IMG/VR virus record: IMGVR_UViG_2541047941_000003
Span: 1-47,471 of that record
Direction: 5' to 3' (one strand)
DNA from: a virus
Lineage: Duplodnaviria > Heunggongvirae > Uroviricota > Caudoviricetes
Length of the DNA: 47,471 nucleotides
Shown: positions 28,361-38,594 of the stretch, one piece after another
How the letters are laid out: every line of letters begins with the position of its first letter
Position numbering within the stretch: the first letter of the stretch is position 1
Position numbers and translations under genes: made by a program
Notes under the pieces: model-generated
The model's database searches: none
Seen by the model: the letters and a program-made list of their open reading frames with translations, nothing else
What the model was told of the DNA's origin: nothing

Positions 28361-29410
28361 ATGGAAAATATTTATGATACCAGTGTGCTGGTGCAGGTCG
28401 TTCCTAACCTGAAAACCAGTCAGAACTGGCTGCTTGATCGCTTCTTCCCGAACGTCGTGACTTATGAGACCGAAGAAGTAGCGATTGACGTGGATGTCGG
28501 CCTACGTCGTATGGCGCCATTCGTCTCCCCGCTGGTGGAAGGTAAGCTGGTCGAGTCCCGTAAATACCAGACCAATACGTTCAAACCGGCGTACATCAAA
28601 GACAAGCGGGCGCCGGACCTGCGTAAACCTATTCGCCGCCAGATTGGTGAGCGTATTGGCGGTGAATATACCGCCGCAGAACGCGAAATGTTGAACCTGC
28701 AGTTTGAGATGACTGATCAGATTGACATGATCAACCGTCGGCTGGAATGGATGGCGGCCAGCGCGCTGGTGTCCGGTACCGTCACGGTTGCCGGGGAAGG
28801 CTATGAAACCAAAGTGGTGGATTTCGGGCGCTCTCCGGATTTGACTATCACTCTGAGTGGTTCAGATAAGTGGCCGTTGACGGTTGCCGCGGGTGCCACT
28901 AATACCCAGCCCTCTGATGATATTGAAATCTGGCAGACGCTTTTCCTGAAAGAATCCGGTTCCGTCGCGACAGATCTGGTGTTCACAAGCAAGTCATGGC
29001 GTGCTTTCCGACTGGACACCACCATCAAAGATAACGCCATCACGTTCCCGGCGCTGAGCCCGTTTGGTAACCAGATTAATGCTGGTCCACAGGCGATGAA
29101 GGGCGCTATTTATAAAGGTCGCTGGGGTAACTTTGACCTCTGGTTATATAACGACTGGTTTATTGACCCACTTGATAATGTCGAGAAGCCGATGATCCCC
29201 GACGGCGCCGTTATTATGTCTGGCGCTGATCTGATGGGTACCCGCGCTTTTGGCGTTATCCTGGACCCGGCATTTAACTACGGTCCCCTGGCCTATGCGC
29301 CAAAATCCTGGGTGAAAGAAGATCCGGCCCAGCGTCTTATCCTGATGCAATCCTCCCCGCTGGTTATTCCGAGCCGGGTAAACGCATCCCTCTGCGCGAC
29401 GGTGGTCTGA
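28361..29410 (+). CDS. Major capsid protein (lambda E family)
   Basis: 349 aa; size and position. Confidence 0.8.
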   Translation: MENIYDTSVLVQVVPNLKTSQNWLLDRFFPNVVTYETEEVAIDVDVGLRRMAPFVSPLVEGKLVESRKYQTNTFKPAYIKDKRAPDLRKPIRRQIGERIGGEYTAAEREMLNLQFEMTDQIDMINRRLEWMAASALVSGTVTVAGEGYETKVVDFGRSPDLTITLSGSDKWPLTVAAGATNTQPSDDIEIWQTLFLKESGSVATDLVFTSKSWRAFRLDTTIKDNAITFPALSPFGNQINAGPQAMKGAIYKGRWGNFDLWLYNDWFIDPLDNVEKPMIPDGAVIMSGADLMGTRAFGVILDPAFNYGPLAYAPKSWVKEDPAQRLILMQSSPLVIPSRVNASLCATVV

Positions 29411-29411
29411 T

Positions 29412-29789
29412 ATGGCAAAAATCTCTAAAACCGAGCAGGTCGATGATCTGAATGCTGAAGGCGCCACCGAAGACGCCCTGAATATCGACGACCTGAATGC
29501 CGGCGGCAGCGTTCAGATGACGCATCAGTATGACGAAAAAGACAGCGATTCATCTGATGATCAGGATGACGATGAAGAAGATTTTCAGGAAGTAGCGGAA
29601 CCTGAGTTTGTGGTCCTGAAAGGGAACTGCATTCGCCATGACGGTGAGGTTTACCGGGAAAACTCCCTAATTCCGGTCTCCGGTAAGGATGCCGAGCGTC
29701 TGCTGGCCGCAGGTGTAATTGCCGATGTCCATGCTCTGCGACAGCGCGCGTTATCTGCTGCGCGTGGTGTGAAAATAACAACGGAGTGA
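29412..29789 (+). CDS. Hypothetical head-associated protein (possible FI-like packaging factor)
   Basis: 125 aa with acidic middle region after capsid gene. Confidence 0.35.
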   Translation: MAKISKTEQVDDLNAEGATEDALNIDDLNAGGSVQMTHQYDEKDSDSSDDQDDDEEDFQEVAEPEFVVLKGNCIRHDGEVYRENSLIPVSGKDAERLLAAGVIADVHALRQRALSAARGVKITTE

Positions 29790-29793
29790 GCAT

Positions 29794-30153
29794 ATGGGCG
29801 TGGACTGGGATTTACATCTTCTGAGTCCGCTCCATGGCGTGTTTGGCGATGAGCATGAGTACCGTCCCCGCAACGGTACTCCTTTTACGATTAACGGTAT
29901 TTTTGACCGTGGCTATGCGCAGGTTGCAGAAAATCTTGATGGTGATTCAGAAATTAACACCTCCAGCCCAATGCTTGGGGTGCGCGATGCTGAATTTCGT
30001 CAGTTGGGTAAACCGCAACCTGCCGTATCTGACCGTGTGTTTATCAAAACGGTCGGAGGTCAGATCATCAATCAGTTATTTGTTGTGTCCAACGTCGAAC
30101 CGGACAGCCATGGCGGCTCACGTCTTGTTCTCAATGTGGCGAAAACCCGATGA
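29794..30153 (+). CDS. Putative head completion / head-tail connector protein
   Basis: 119 aa; position. Confidence 0.4.
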   Translation: MGVDWDLHLLSPLHGVFGDEHEYRPRNGTPFTINGIFDRGYAQVAENLDGDSEINTSSPMLGVRDAEFRQLGKPQPAVSDRVFIKTVGGQIINQLFVVSNVEPDSHGGSRLVLNVAKTR

Positions 30154-30695
30154 ATGCTTCCGCAATACGACACATGGTCGTGGCAGCGCTGAAAGATAAA
30201 ACGGCTGCCGCCGATCGTGTGTATTCCCCGCGTGACTGGGCAACTTCGCCGGACCTGTACCCAGCGTTGCTTGTTCAGACGCCATTTGATCACAAAAAGG
30301 CGCAGGGGAGAAATGTCCCGGCCTTTACCTCTTTGACCACCGTTCGCATTACTGGCCGGGTTCAGGAGTACGACAGTGAAACCACTGATGATGGCGCCAT
30401 GCGCGCGGAGGTTGCGCTGGAAGAGCTCCGGGAACAGGTAGAAAGGGCGGTGATTAACAGCTACGAGTTAACCCGGAACATCCAGAAATATGCGGAGGTC
30501 CGCTCGACGATTGATGTTGATGCGGATGGTGAAGCGCATATGGGCCAGCTGCTTATCGAAATTGATATTGAGCACTATCAGGGACCGGAAGACTTTTATC
30601 CGGTCGATACGGTGCCGCTGGCGGGGATCGACATCACCATCGACATGCCGGACGGTACGCTGCAGCCGGTCGTAAAAATAGACCTTCAGGAGTAA
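30150..30695 (+). CDS. Putative tail completion/neck protein
   Basis: 181 aa; position between head and sheath genes. Confidence 0.4.
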   Translation: MNASAIRHMVVAALKDKTAAADRVYSPRDWATSPDLYPALLVQTPFDHKKAQGRNVPAFTSLTTVRITGRVQEYDSETTDDGAMRAEVALEELREQVERAVINSYELTRNIQKYAEVRSTIDVDADGEAHMGQLLIEIDIEHYQGPEDFYPVDTVPLAGIDITIDMPDGTLQPVVKIDLQE

Positions 30696-30697
30696 TC

Positions 30698-30883
30698 ATG
30701 TTTGTAAAACCGAAGGACGGGCTCAGCGTTCGCTGCCCTGTCAGGGGGGAGCCTTTGCCCAAAGATGGCGCGGAGGTACCTGATAATACGTTCTGGCGTC
30801 GCCGCCTGAAGGATGGCGACGTCAGTCTGGTACCGGAAAAGGGCGTTAAAAACGCCGTAAAAAAAGAGGGCGTAATTAAATGA
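30698..30883 (+). CDS. Small conserved phage protein upstream of tail sheath
   Basis: 61 aa; translationally coupled to sheath gene. Confidence 0.4.
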   Translation: MFVKPKDGLSVRCPVRGEPLPKDGAEVPDNTFWRRRLKDGDVSLVPEKGVKNAVKKEGVIK

Positions 30884-32391
30884 CCGTTCCATTTTCGCGA
30901 GTTCCCGGCAATTTACGTGTGCCGCTTTTTTATGTGGAGTTTGATAACTCCATGGCCAACACGGCGACGGCTACACAACGAACGCTGTTGATTGGTCAGA
31001 TGCTGGCATCAGGCTCTGCACAGGAAAAAATCCCGGTAAAAGTCTCCTCTCCCAATGCGGTGGGTGAGCTCACCGGAAAAGGATCAATGCTGCATGGCAT
31101 GATGACGGCGTATCAAAAAAACGATACTGCTGCGGAGGTCTGGATCCTTCCGCTGGCTGATGATGCGGATTCGATGGCAGTGGCAACTGGCAGTATCAAG
31201 GTTGCCACACAGGCGGCAGAAACCGGCGTTATCTCTCTTTATATTGCTGGCGTTCGCGTACAACTGACCGTACTGGCGACTGACACTCCGGCTCAGATTG
31301 CCACTGCGCTGGTCGCGGCGATTACCCGCAAAACGGAACTGCCGGTGACAGCTGCTGTAAAAGCCGATGCAACGGATACCGTGACACTGACGGCCAAAAA
31401 TGCCGGGTTGCTGGGCAATGGTATTGATATCAGGCTGAATTATCTCGGTGTTCAGGGTGGTGAGGTGACGCCCGCGGGCCTGACACTCACCATCACGGGC
31501 ATGACCGGCGGCGCCGGCGCGCCGGATTTTGTTGATGCCCTTGGCAACCTGCAGGATAAGACCTTTGATTTTGTCATCAACCCTTATGATGACACCGCAT
31601 CACTGGATGCCATCAGAGAATTTCTGAACGATGCAACCGGCCGCTGGGCATGGGATAAACAGCTTTATGGCCACGCATTCACCACTACCAACGGCACTTA
31701 CGCCGAGCTTGGCACCAAAGGGGAAACCCGTAATAACCAGCATGAGTCACTGCTTGGTGTGTATCGCTCACCGTCACCGCGTTATATCTGGGCGGCGGCA
31801 CTGACAGGGGCCGCCGCACCCAGCCTGCGTAATGACCCCGCACGTCCGCTACAAAGTCTGCCTGTTTATGGCGTGCTGGCACCGGACCTGGCGGATCGCT
31901 TTGAACTGACAGAGCGCAATAACCTGCTGTACAGCGGCATCTCCACTTACACCGTGGGTGATGACGGGACGGTGATGATTGAAAACCTGATTACCACCTA
32001 CCAGAAAAACAGCTATGGCGACGAAGACGACAGTTACCTGCAGGTGGAAACGCTCTTCAGCCTGATGTTTGTCACGCGATATCTCCGCACTGCAGTGACC
32101 AGTAAATTTGGTCGCATGAAGCTGGCCGCGGATGGCACGCGTTTTGCGCCGGGGGCGGCGATTGTGACGCCAAACATCATCAGAGCCGATCAGATCGCGG
32201 AATACCAGACGCTGGTCTTTAACGGCTACGCGCAGGACGCTGAGGCCTTCGCCAGAAACATTATCGTGGAGCAGAACAAAACAAACCCGAACCGCGTCGA
32301 TGTGTTGTGGCCGGGAACGCTTATGAACCAGTTGCGCATCTTCGCGCTGCTTAACCAGTTCCGCCTGCAGGCTGAATCAACAGGAGCATAA
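30880..32391 (+). CDS. Contractile tail sheath protein (Mu gpL-like)
   Basis: 503 aa; followed by tube, frameshifted chaperone and tape measure genes. Confidence 0.75.
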   Translation: MTVPFSRVPGNLRVPLFYVEFDNSMANTATATQRTLLIGQMLASGSAQEKIPVKVSSPNAVGELTGKGSMLHGMMTAYQKNDTAAEVWILPLADDADSMAVATGSIKVATQAAETGVISLYIAGVRVQLTVLATDTPAQIATALVAAITRKTELPVTAAVKADATDTVTLTAKNAGLLGNGIDIRLNYLGVQGGEVTPAGLTLTITGMTGGAGAPDFVDALGNLQDKTFDFVINPYDDTASLDAIREFLNDATGRWAWDKQLYGHAFTTTNGTYAELGTKGETRNNQHESLLGVYRSPSPRYIWAAALTGAAAPSLRNDPARPLQSLPVYGVLAPDLADRFELTERNNLLYSGISTYTVGDDGTVMIENLITTYQKNSYGDEDDSYLQVETLFSLMFVTRYLRTAVTSKFGRMKLAADGTRFAPGAAIVTPNIIRADQIAEYQTLVFNGYAQDAEAFARNIIVEQNKTNPNRVDVLWPGTLMNQLRIFALLNQFRLQAESTGA

Positions 32392-32394
32392 AAC

Positions 32395-32766
32395 ATGGCT
32401 GGAGATACCACTAGTCGCCTGGCAGGTACCGCTTATGTCACCGTAAACGGGGTGACAGTTATGGTGGAGGGCTCATTCAAGTATCAGACCTCCACTGTTA
32501 ACCGTACCACGCTGACAGGCATGGACGGTGTGCATGGCTACAAAGAAAAGCCGGTTGCCCCGTATATTTCTGCCCGTCTTCGCGACAGCGGCGGTACCAA
32601 CGTACTGGGTTTTAACAAACAGACGAACGTCAACGTGATCGCCGAACTGGCGAACGGAAAGACTATTATCGGTCGCGCGCTATGGACGGTGAACGTTCAG
32701 GAAGTGGAAAGCGAAGATGCAGTGTTTGATGTTCGCTGGGAAGGCCGGGACGTAACGGAGAACTAA
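32395..32766 (+). CDS. Tail tube protein (Mu gpM-like)
   Basis: 123 aa directly after sheath. Confidence 0.65.
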   Translation: MAGDTTSRLAGTAYVTVNGVTVMVEGSFKYQTSTVNRTTLTGMDGVHGYKEKPVAPYISARLRDSGGTNVLGFNKQTNVNVIAELANGKTIIGRALWTVNVQEVESEDAVFDVRWEGRDVTEN

Positions 32767-32767
32767 G

Positions 32768-33046
32768 ATGGCAGAACTTGAACGCACCAAAGTCATTCCC
32801 CTCATCAAGCCTCTGGTCGATGAGGCGCAAAAAACACGCTATGAGCAACTGGAGCTGAAGGCGCCGACGCTCAGCCAGGCAGAGCAGTTCTACGAAAAGC
32901 AGGCATCGTCCACTTCACTGGCGGCGATGCGCCTGCTGATCTCGCTGGTCACGGATACGCGGGAAAGTGTGCTTCAGCCGATGGATTTTATCGACTTCCG
33001 AAAATGCGAGGAGTTTTTGCTCGGTTTTTTGACCTGGAAGCCCTGA
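32768..33046 (+). CDS. Tail assembly chaperone (short product of frameshift pair)
   Basis: 92 aa ORF ending just after slippery TTTTTTG. Confidence 0.6.
   Translation: MAELERTKVIPLIKPLVDEAQKTRYEQLELKAPTLSQAEQFYEKQASSTSLAAMRLLISLVTDTRESVLQPMDFIDFRKCEEFLLGFLTWKP
33025..33031 (+). other. Programmed -1 ribosomal frameshift slippery heptamer T_TTT_TTG
   Basis: X_XXY_YYZ heptamer in zero frame near end of chaperone ORF; -1 frame stays open to 33195. Confidence 0.6.
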
Positions 33047-33195
33047 CCGCCTGGCAGGAAACGGCGGCTGACGTCACATTTTATTTCCGCTGGACAGAAG
33101 ACAGGGCATGGGGCATGACCTATGCCCGTCTGAAGTGGTGGGTATCGCAGGCCTCCCGTATCAATAAACTCAGGAATCCCGAACCCGATGAGTAA
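33030..33195 (+). CDS. C-terminal extension of tail assembly chaperone made by -1 frameshift (fusion product 32768..33195)
   Basis: Overlapping ORF in -1 frame ending with TAA that overlaps ATG of tape measure ORF. Confidence 0.5.
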
Positions 33196-33409
33196 TTCTT
33201 TCGACTTTGAGCTGGTGGCCAGCGACTAGGCGACGGAAGCCATTGAGCGTATCAATGAGGCTATCCGTGATCTGGAACCAAAGCTGGATAAAACCAAAGA
33301 GGGACTCCAGTTAGGAGGGCAGGAGACCCTCGATGGACTGAACGGCTTTATTTCCCGCTTCGAAAATCTGTCCAAAAATGCCCGTGATAATGTTCAGTAC
33401 ATCGGGGAC

Positions 33410-35041
33410 ATGGTACCGCCGCTGAAGATGGTCGGTGAGCTCTCCGGTAAGCTGGCATCGCTGGGGGTGGTTGGAGCGGCGGGATATGGGCTAAAACAGA
33501 TTGCCTACGGTTTCCATGAGGCCTCAAGGGAAGCCTATAACCTCGATGTCGCCGCGAAAAATGCGGGTATGCGAGTGGACGATTTTTCCCGCCTGTCCGG
33601 TGCCATGCGGATACTGGGTGCTGATGGCGACAGTGCAAATTCCTCCATTGAGGGGATGGCTAAAAGCCTGAAGGAGGCCGCCAGCGGTGCCAACAGCCAG
33701 GTACTCGGCGCATTGTCACAGATTGGCGTTCAGATCCAGAAAAACAACGATGGATCCGTTGATACGCTGAGAACGCTGGAGTCGATAGCACGCGTTTTCC
33801 CGAGTCTGCGACCGGACCAGCAGAAATCAGTTTCCGATGCCCTCGGGTTGACGCCGGAAATGCTGGCGCTGATGCGTGAAGGCGTACGGATGAAAGCATT
33901 GCTGGCTAAATCTGATGAACTTGGCCTGACGGTTGATCCGGAGCTTAACCGGCAATTGTCCGAAGTTAACGGCTCCATGAATGAGCTGGGCGCTGCATGG
34001 GATGGGCTGAAAAACCGTTCGAAAAACTCTCTGTTTAAAGGATTGCTTTCCGATGGTTCGGTGAAAGACGGCCTTGAAGGAGTGACCGACTTGTTCACGA
34101 ATGGCGATTTCACCGGGCTGTCGCATGCGCTGGGGTTTATCAGTAGCAAGGATGCCGGGAAGCTACGCCGCATTCAGGGTGATAAGGCGCTGTATAACAC
34201 CCTTTCCCGGCGCGAGCGCGGAGCGGTGGATGCCGGCTTTATGACTGATGCCGTCCGTAAACGCTATGACGCGCAATATGGCGCCAGTGACAGAGCTGAA
34301 CAACTCCGAAATGATTTGTCTGTCATCCTGCCAGCAGGTGCAGCAGCTCCACGCGGAGAGGTGAATTACAGCCAGCCATCTAACCAGGCACTGGGCCTGA
34401 GAAATAATAACCCCGGCAATCTCCGGATAGCGCCTAATGCGACCGGGGTGAATCGTGGTTTCGTCACTTATGACAACAGCAGAGACGGGCTGGCGGCAAT
34501 GGCCCGGCAACTGATGTTATATGGCGATCGTGGGAATAACACGCTGAACAGCATGATCCACACTTATGCGCCACGCTCGGAAAATGATACGCAGTCCTAT
34601 ATCAATTCAGTATCGGCCGCGACAGGTATTCAGCCCCATCAGCGGGTGGATCTGCATAACCCGGAGGTGCTGAAGTCAGTCATGGCGGCCATGATTCAGC
34701 ATGAGAATGGGGCGCAGCCATATTCTGAAGATGAGATACGGGCGGCAATTCAGACGGCTATCAGTGATCCGCGCTGGTCTGGTCTTCGTGACAGCCGAGT
34801 GCTCAGCCAGCAGAGAGAGAACATCCTCGTACCGCAACCGGACAAGTTTGACAGTACCTCAATCCTGACAGCTTCCGGTAATGGGAGAGACACTGTCAGT
34901 GAAAACCTGACCCGGTCTCTCAAAGAGGCGATGGCCGATCAGAAAATGAAGCTGGAAATCACCCTGGTCAATGATAAGGGGGAGAAGAAAACCTATAACG
35001 TCGAGGATAACGGCAGAATAACAACCGCCATGAATTACTAA
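33410..35041 (+). CDS. Tail tape measure protein (first ATG after in-frame TAG; upstream coding-like extension from 33188)
   Basis: 543 aa from ATG 33410; same frame is coding-like from ATG 33188 but interrupted by TAG at 33227-33229. Confidence 0.6.
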   Translation: MVPPLKMVGELSGKLASLGVVGAAGYGLKQIAYGFHEASREAYNLDVAAKNAGMRVDDFSRLSGAMRILGADGDSANSSIEGMAKSLKEAASGANSQVLGALSQIGVQIQKNNDGSVDTLRTLESIARVFPSLRPDQQKSVSDALGLTPEMLALMREGVRMKALLAKSDELGLTVDPELNRQLSEVNGSMNELGAAWDGLKNRSKNSLFKGLLSDGSVKDGLEGVTDLFTNGDFTGLSHALGFISSKDAGKLRRIQGDKALYNTLSRRERGAVDAGFMTDAVRKRYDAQYGASDRAEQLRNDLSVILPAGAAAPRGEVNYSQPSNQALGLRNNNPGNLRIAPNATGVNRGFVTYDNSRDGLAAMARQLMLYGDRGNNTLNSMIHTYAPRSENDTQSYINSVSAATGIQPHQRVDLHNPEVLKSVMAAMIQHENGAQPYSEDEIRAAIQTAISDPRWSGLRDSRVLSQQRENILVPQPDKFDSTSILTASGNGRDTVSENLTRSLKEAMADQKMKLEITLVNDKGEKKTYNVEDNGRITTAMNY

Positions 35042-35051
35042 CCCGATTAAA

Positions 35052-35074
35052 CCGCCACCCAGGCGGTTTTTTAA
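35052..35074 (+). terminator. Intrinsic terminator (ccgcc-accca-ggcgg + tttttt)
   Basis: GC stem and T-run 11 nt after tape measure stop. Confidence 0.7.
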
Positions 35075-35087
35075 TTCAGGAGGCCTG

Positions 35088-36488
35088 ATGGCAATTATCC
35101 AGGATGCAATAACTTCTCTGATGGGGGGCGGTGGTAGCGAGGACTGGTTGAGCCAGCTACGTCCCGGCTCGTTCCGGGGCGTGCCTTTTGCTGTGGTGAA
35201 TGAGGAAGGCAGTCATGGCCGGCGGCAGGCGGTTCATGAATATCCCTGGCGTGATACCGCCTGGGTTGAGGATATGGGCCGCGGGACACGGCGATTTATT
35301 ATCCGTGGCTTTATCGTCCAGAACAGCCTGGTATATGGCGGTGGCGACGTTATTTCTCAGCGCCAGTCATTGATCAATGCGTGTGAAGCTAAGGGGAGCG
35401 GTACGCTCATTCACCCCACGCTGGGGGAGATGACCGTTTCCATACCTGAGAACGGGTTAAGGCTTTCCGGCTCCGCCGACAACGGCCGTTCGTTTGAATT
35501 TACCCTGATGGTCATTGAGTCGGGGTTAAAGGTCTTTGCCGTTACCGACAGTGCCGCCGCGGGGGATACCGTTGGCACCAACTATCTGAAGCTGGTTAGT
35601 ACGACGGTTGCCAGTACCCTCGCGAGAATTAAAAGCGAGATCCGCGGTGTGTCGCAGGGGATTCAGACCATCAGGGGAACCGTGACGTTCTGGACCAATA
35701 TGGTGGATAACACCATCAGTGAGGTAACAAACGTCAGTAACGTGCTGGATTCTACTTTCGGGAATAATCGTTACGGGCGGTACAGCAAGGGGACCGTAGG
35801 CGGGAGCTCTTCGGGTATTAACGGCAATCGTGATGCCGATGACTCAGAAGACCATCAGGCATTGTCTGAACAGGTTACCGCCCGGGCGGTGATGGATCGC
35901 CAGGCTGTGCTCGATACAACGGCTGCACTGAATGAATCTGTATCGGTCGAGGAATTTGTTCAGGGCGTTGCCGATGTGATTAATCGCATTCTGTCCAGCG
36001 CCGGTAGCGTGAGTGACAAAATTGCCGCATTTGAAAAACTGGCGGCTTCAACCAGTACCGGATACCAGCGTTCCCAAAGCAGCCAGCAACTGGCTGGCAC
36101 CATGAACACGCTGATCGTAGTGCTATGTACCGGAGCCATGACGGATGCTGCTGCAGATTACAACCCAACCAGTCGTAATGAGGCCGAAGAAATCACTCAA
36201 CGCGTGGCCGGGCAACTGGATACCGCGTTACTACTGGCGGGCGACCGTGGCGATGATGATCTTTATACGGCATTGATGGACGTGAGAACCGCTTTTCTGA
36301 ATACCATGGCTCAGACTTCATCCGGACTGAGTGAGTTGATGCAAATCAATACTGCGGTGCCGGTTCCTGCCCTGGTACTGGCCAACCGCCTGTATCAGGA
36401 TGCCTCGCGGGCAAATGAACTGATACAGGAGGCCAGCGTACCGCATCCGGCATTTATGCCGACGACGATGAAGGTGTTGAGACAATGA
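35088..36488 (+). CDS. DNA circularisation protein (Mu gpN-like)
   Basis: 466 aa; position after tape measure in Mu-like tail module. Confidence 0.65.
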   Translation: MAIIQDAITSLMGGGGSEDWLSQLRPGSFRGVPFAVVNEEGSHGRRQAVHEYPWRDTAWVEDMGRGTRRFIIRGFIVQNSLVYGGGDVISQRQSLINACEAKGSGTLIHPTLGEMTVSIPENGLRLSGSADNGRSFEFTLMVIESGLKVFAVTDSAAAGDTVGTNYLKLVSTTVASTLARIKSEIRGVSQGIQTIRGTVTFWTNMVDNTISEVTNVSNVLDSTFGNNRYGRYSKGTVGGSSSGINGNRDADDSEDHQALSEQVTARAVMDRQAVLDTTAALNESVSVEEFVQGVADVINRILSSAGSVSDKIAAFEKLAASTSTGYQRSQSSQQLAGTMNTLIVVLCTGAMTDAAADYNPTSRNEAEEITQRVAGQLDTALLLAGDRGDDDLYTALMDVRTAFLNTMAQTSSGLSELMQINTAVPVPALVLANRLYQDASRANELIQEASVPHPAFMPTTMKVLRQ

Positions 36489-37570
36489 GTACGGATAATG
36501 ATCAGGATATTGTCTCCCTGACAGTGGGCGGAAAAATCATTGAAGGATGGGACTCTGTGCGGGTGACCCGTGGCATTGAGCGTTTTCCCTCCGATTTTGA
36601 CCTGGGACTGATGGATTATTTTCCGGGAAGTGACCAGAAGCAGCTGGTAAAGGAAGGGATGCCTTGTCAGGTAAAGCTTGGTAACGACCTGGTAGTGACG
36701 GGGTATGTTGATGACTGGTCGCCTGCTATTTCCCGTTCGCGCCATGAAGTCAGAGCCTCAGGCCGCAGTAAGTGCGCAGATCTCGTTGATTGCTCTGCTG
36801 AATGGCCAAATAACGTCATCAATAACAGTAATGCGCTTGATATAGCCTCCCGCCTCGCATCCCATTACAACATTGGCGTAAGTACAGACGTTGATGATCT
36901 GGTGAAAGTTCCGCAATTTTCCCTGAACTGGGGGGAATCGCCACAGGAAATACTTGATCGTGTCTCCCGCTGGTCGGCATTGCTTTATTACGATCAGCCT
37001 GACGGTAACTTATTTCTGACCCGGGTGGGGACAAAGCGCGCGGCCAGCGGTATCGCAGAAGGGGTAAATATCGAACAGGCTTATTACCGCCGTTCGATGG
37101 CTGACCGCTTTTCTGATTACGTCGGCGTATCGATGAGCATTTCGCCGATTGCAGGATTCTCGCCAGATACGGCTTATGATTCGGTGACGCTGGCGACGGC
37201 CCGCGATCCTGAGGCGGCCAGTATGCGTTACCGAAAACGGATCATTATTGTTGAAAGTACACTGATGGCTTCACAACAGGCTCAGCGAGCGATTGACTGG
37301 GAGATGAACCGCCGATACGGCCGTTCCCGTCAGTTAACGGTGACGATTGATTCCTGGCGCGATAAATCCGGGAAATTATGGGAGCCGAATACGCTTATCC
37401 CGGTCAACATCCCGAGTCTGCAGCTGCCTGACACCGAATTGCTTATCGCAGAGGTGACTTATATCAGAGACAGTGACGGCACCCATGCGCGCCTTTATCT
37501 GATGCCCCCGGAGGCTTTCGCTGTCCAGCCTTATGCTTTCTACCAGCAAATACCCGGACTAAACCAATGA
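36485..37570 (+). CDS. Baseplate hub/tail protein (Mu gpP-like)
   Basis: 361 aa; synteny. Confidence 0.6.
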   Translation: MSTDNDQDIVSLTVGGKIIEGWDSVRVTRGIERFPSDFDLGLMDYFPGSDQKQLVKEGMPCQVKLGNDLVVTGYVDDWSPAISRSRHEVRASGRSKCADLVDCSAEWPNNVINNSNALDIASRLASHYNIGVSTDVDDLVKVPQFSLNWGESPQEILDRVSRWSALLYYDQPDGNLFLTRVGTKRAASGIAEGVNIEQAYYRRSMADRFSDYVGVSMSISPIAGFSPDTAYDSVTLATARDPEAASMRYRKRIIIVESTLMASQQAQRAIDWEMNRRYGRSRQLTVTIDSWRDKSGKLWEPNTLIPVNIPSLQLPDTELLIAEVTYIRDSDGTHARLYLMPPEAFAVQPYAFYQQIPGLNQ

Positions 37571-38148
37571 ATCAAAATTTAAAGAAATCGGCCACGCGCA
37601 TCGCCGGCATGCTGGGCATTGGCCGTATTACCACGCAGAAAGATAGCGGGGTTGTGCAGGAAATCCAGTACCAGACTCCGCTGGAAGTGGCCAGCGCCCC
37701 ACGGCTCTCTGATTTTGGTTTTTCATCGGGGTTACCGGCGGGATCGGATGTGCTTATTGCCTTTCTCGGCGGGGACCGCTCCAGTCCTGTCGTCATTGCC
37801 TCTAACCATCAAAGCTTCCGGTATACCGGGCTTAAGCCAGGCGAAACCGTGGTCTATAACCAGCAGGGGATGAATATTCATCTGACCGAGGAGGGAATTT
37901 TCATTGATGCGAAAGGCAAAGATGTAGAGATCAATAATGCCAGAAACATCACCGCGACGGCAACGGAACAGGTAAAGCTGGTTACCCCCAAACTCCTGGT
38001 GACGGGTGACATCATCGATAACTGCGAGACGAACAATTCAACGCTCAAAGCGCTGCGGGATGCTCACAACGATCATGACCATGACGTTAAAAAAGTTCAG
38101 TCCGGCGATAGCACGATCATAAGCGAAAAAACAGAGAGTCAGGTATGA
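37567..38148 (+). CDS. Baseplate assembly protein V / spike (Mu gp45-like)
   Basis: 193 aa; C-terminal HNDHDHD metal-binding-like apex motif. Confidence 0.6.
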   Translation: MNQNLKKSATRIAGMLGIGRITTQKDSGVVQEIQYQTPLEVASAPRLSDFGFSSGLPAGSDVLIAFLGGDRSSPVVIASNHQSFRYTGLKPGETVVYNQQGMNIHLTEEGIFIDAKGKDVEINNARNITATATEQVKLVTPKLLVTGDIIDNCETNNSTLKALRDAHNDHDHDVKKVQSGDSTIISEKTESQV

Positions 38149-38594
38149 GTGATATTTCCTCATTCTGGGATGTGGATGCCATTCATGCTGACTGGCAAAC
38201 CGGTAACGGCGTACTGACATCTGAGAATGATATGCACACGGCCATAATTATCAGTTTGTTTACTGACGGACTGGCGCGCGCTGATGATGATTATGAAGGA
38301 ACTGACCGCCGCGGCTGGTGGGGGGATCTGGACAACGACCGGAATATTGGCTCAAGGCTGTGGCTACTGCGGCGTGAAAAACTGACGCGCGAAGTGGCGA
38401 TGAGAGCTGAAGATTATGCCGAAGAGGCTCTGGCCTGGATGAAGTCGGATGGTATTGCAGCAGCGATAGAGGCTCAGTCAGAGATTGTTTTCCCGAATAG
38501 GCTGAACCTCATCATCCGGTATTTGCCGCCGGCGGGGGACTGGCAGGAGTTCAAATTCTTCTGGCTATGGGAGCAACTGAATAATGCCATTTAA
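38145..38594 (+). CDS. Baseplate protein GP46-like
   Basis: 149 aa; synteny. Confidence 0.55.
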   Translation: MSDISSFWDVDAIHADWQTGNGVLTSENDMHTAIIISLFTDGLARADDDYEGTDRRGWWGDLDNDRNIGSRLWLLRREKLTREVAMRAEDYAEEALAWMKSDGIAAAIEAQSEIVFPNRLNLIIRYLPPAGDWQEFKFFWLWEQLNNAI

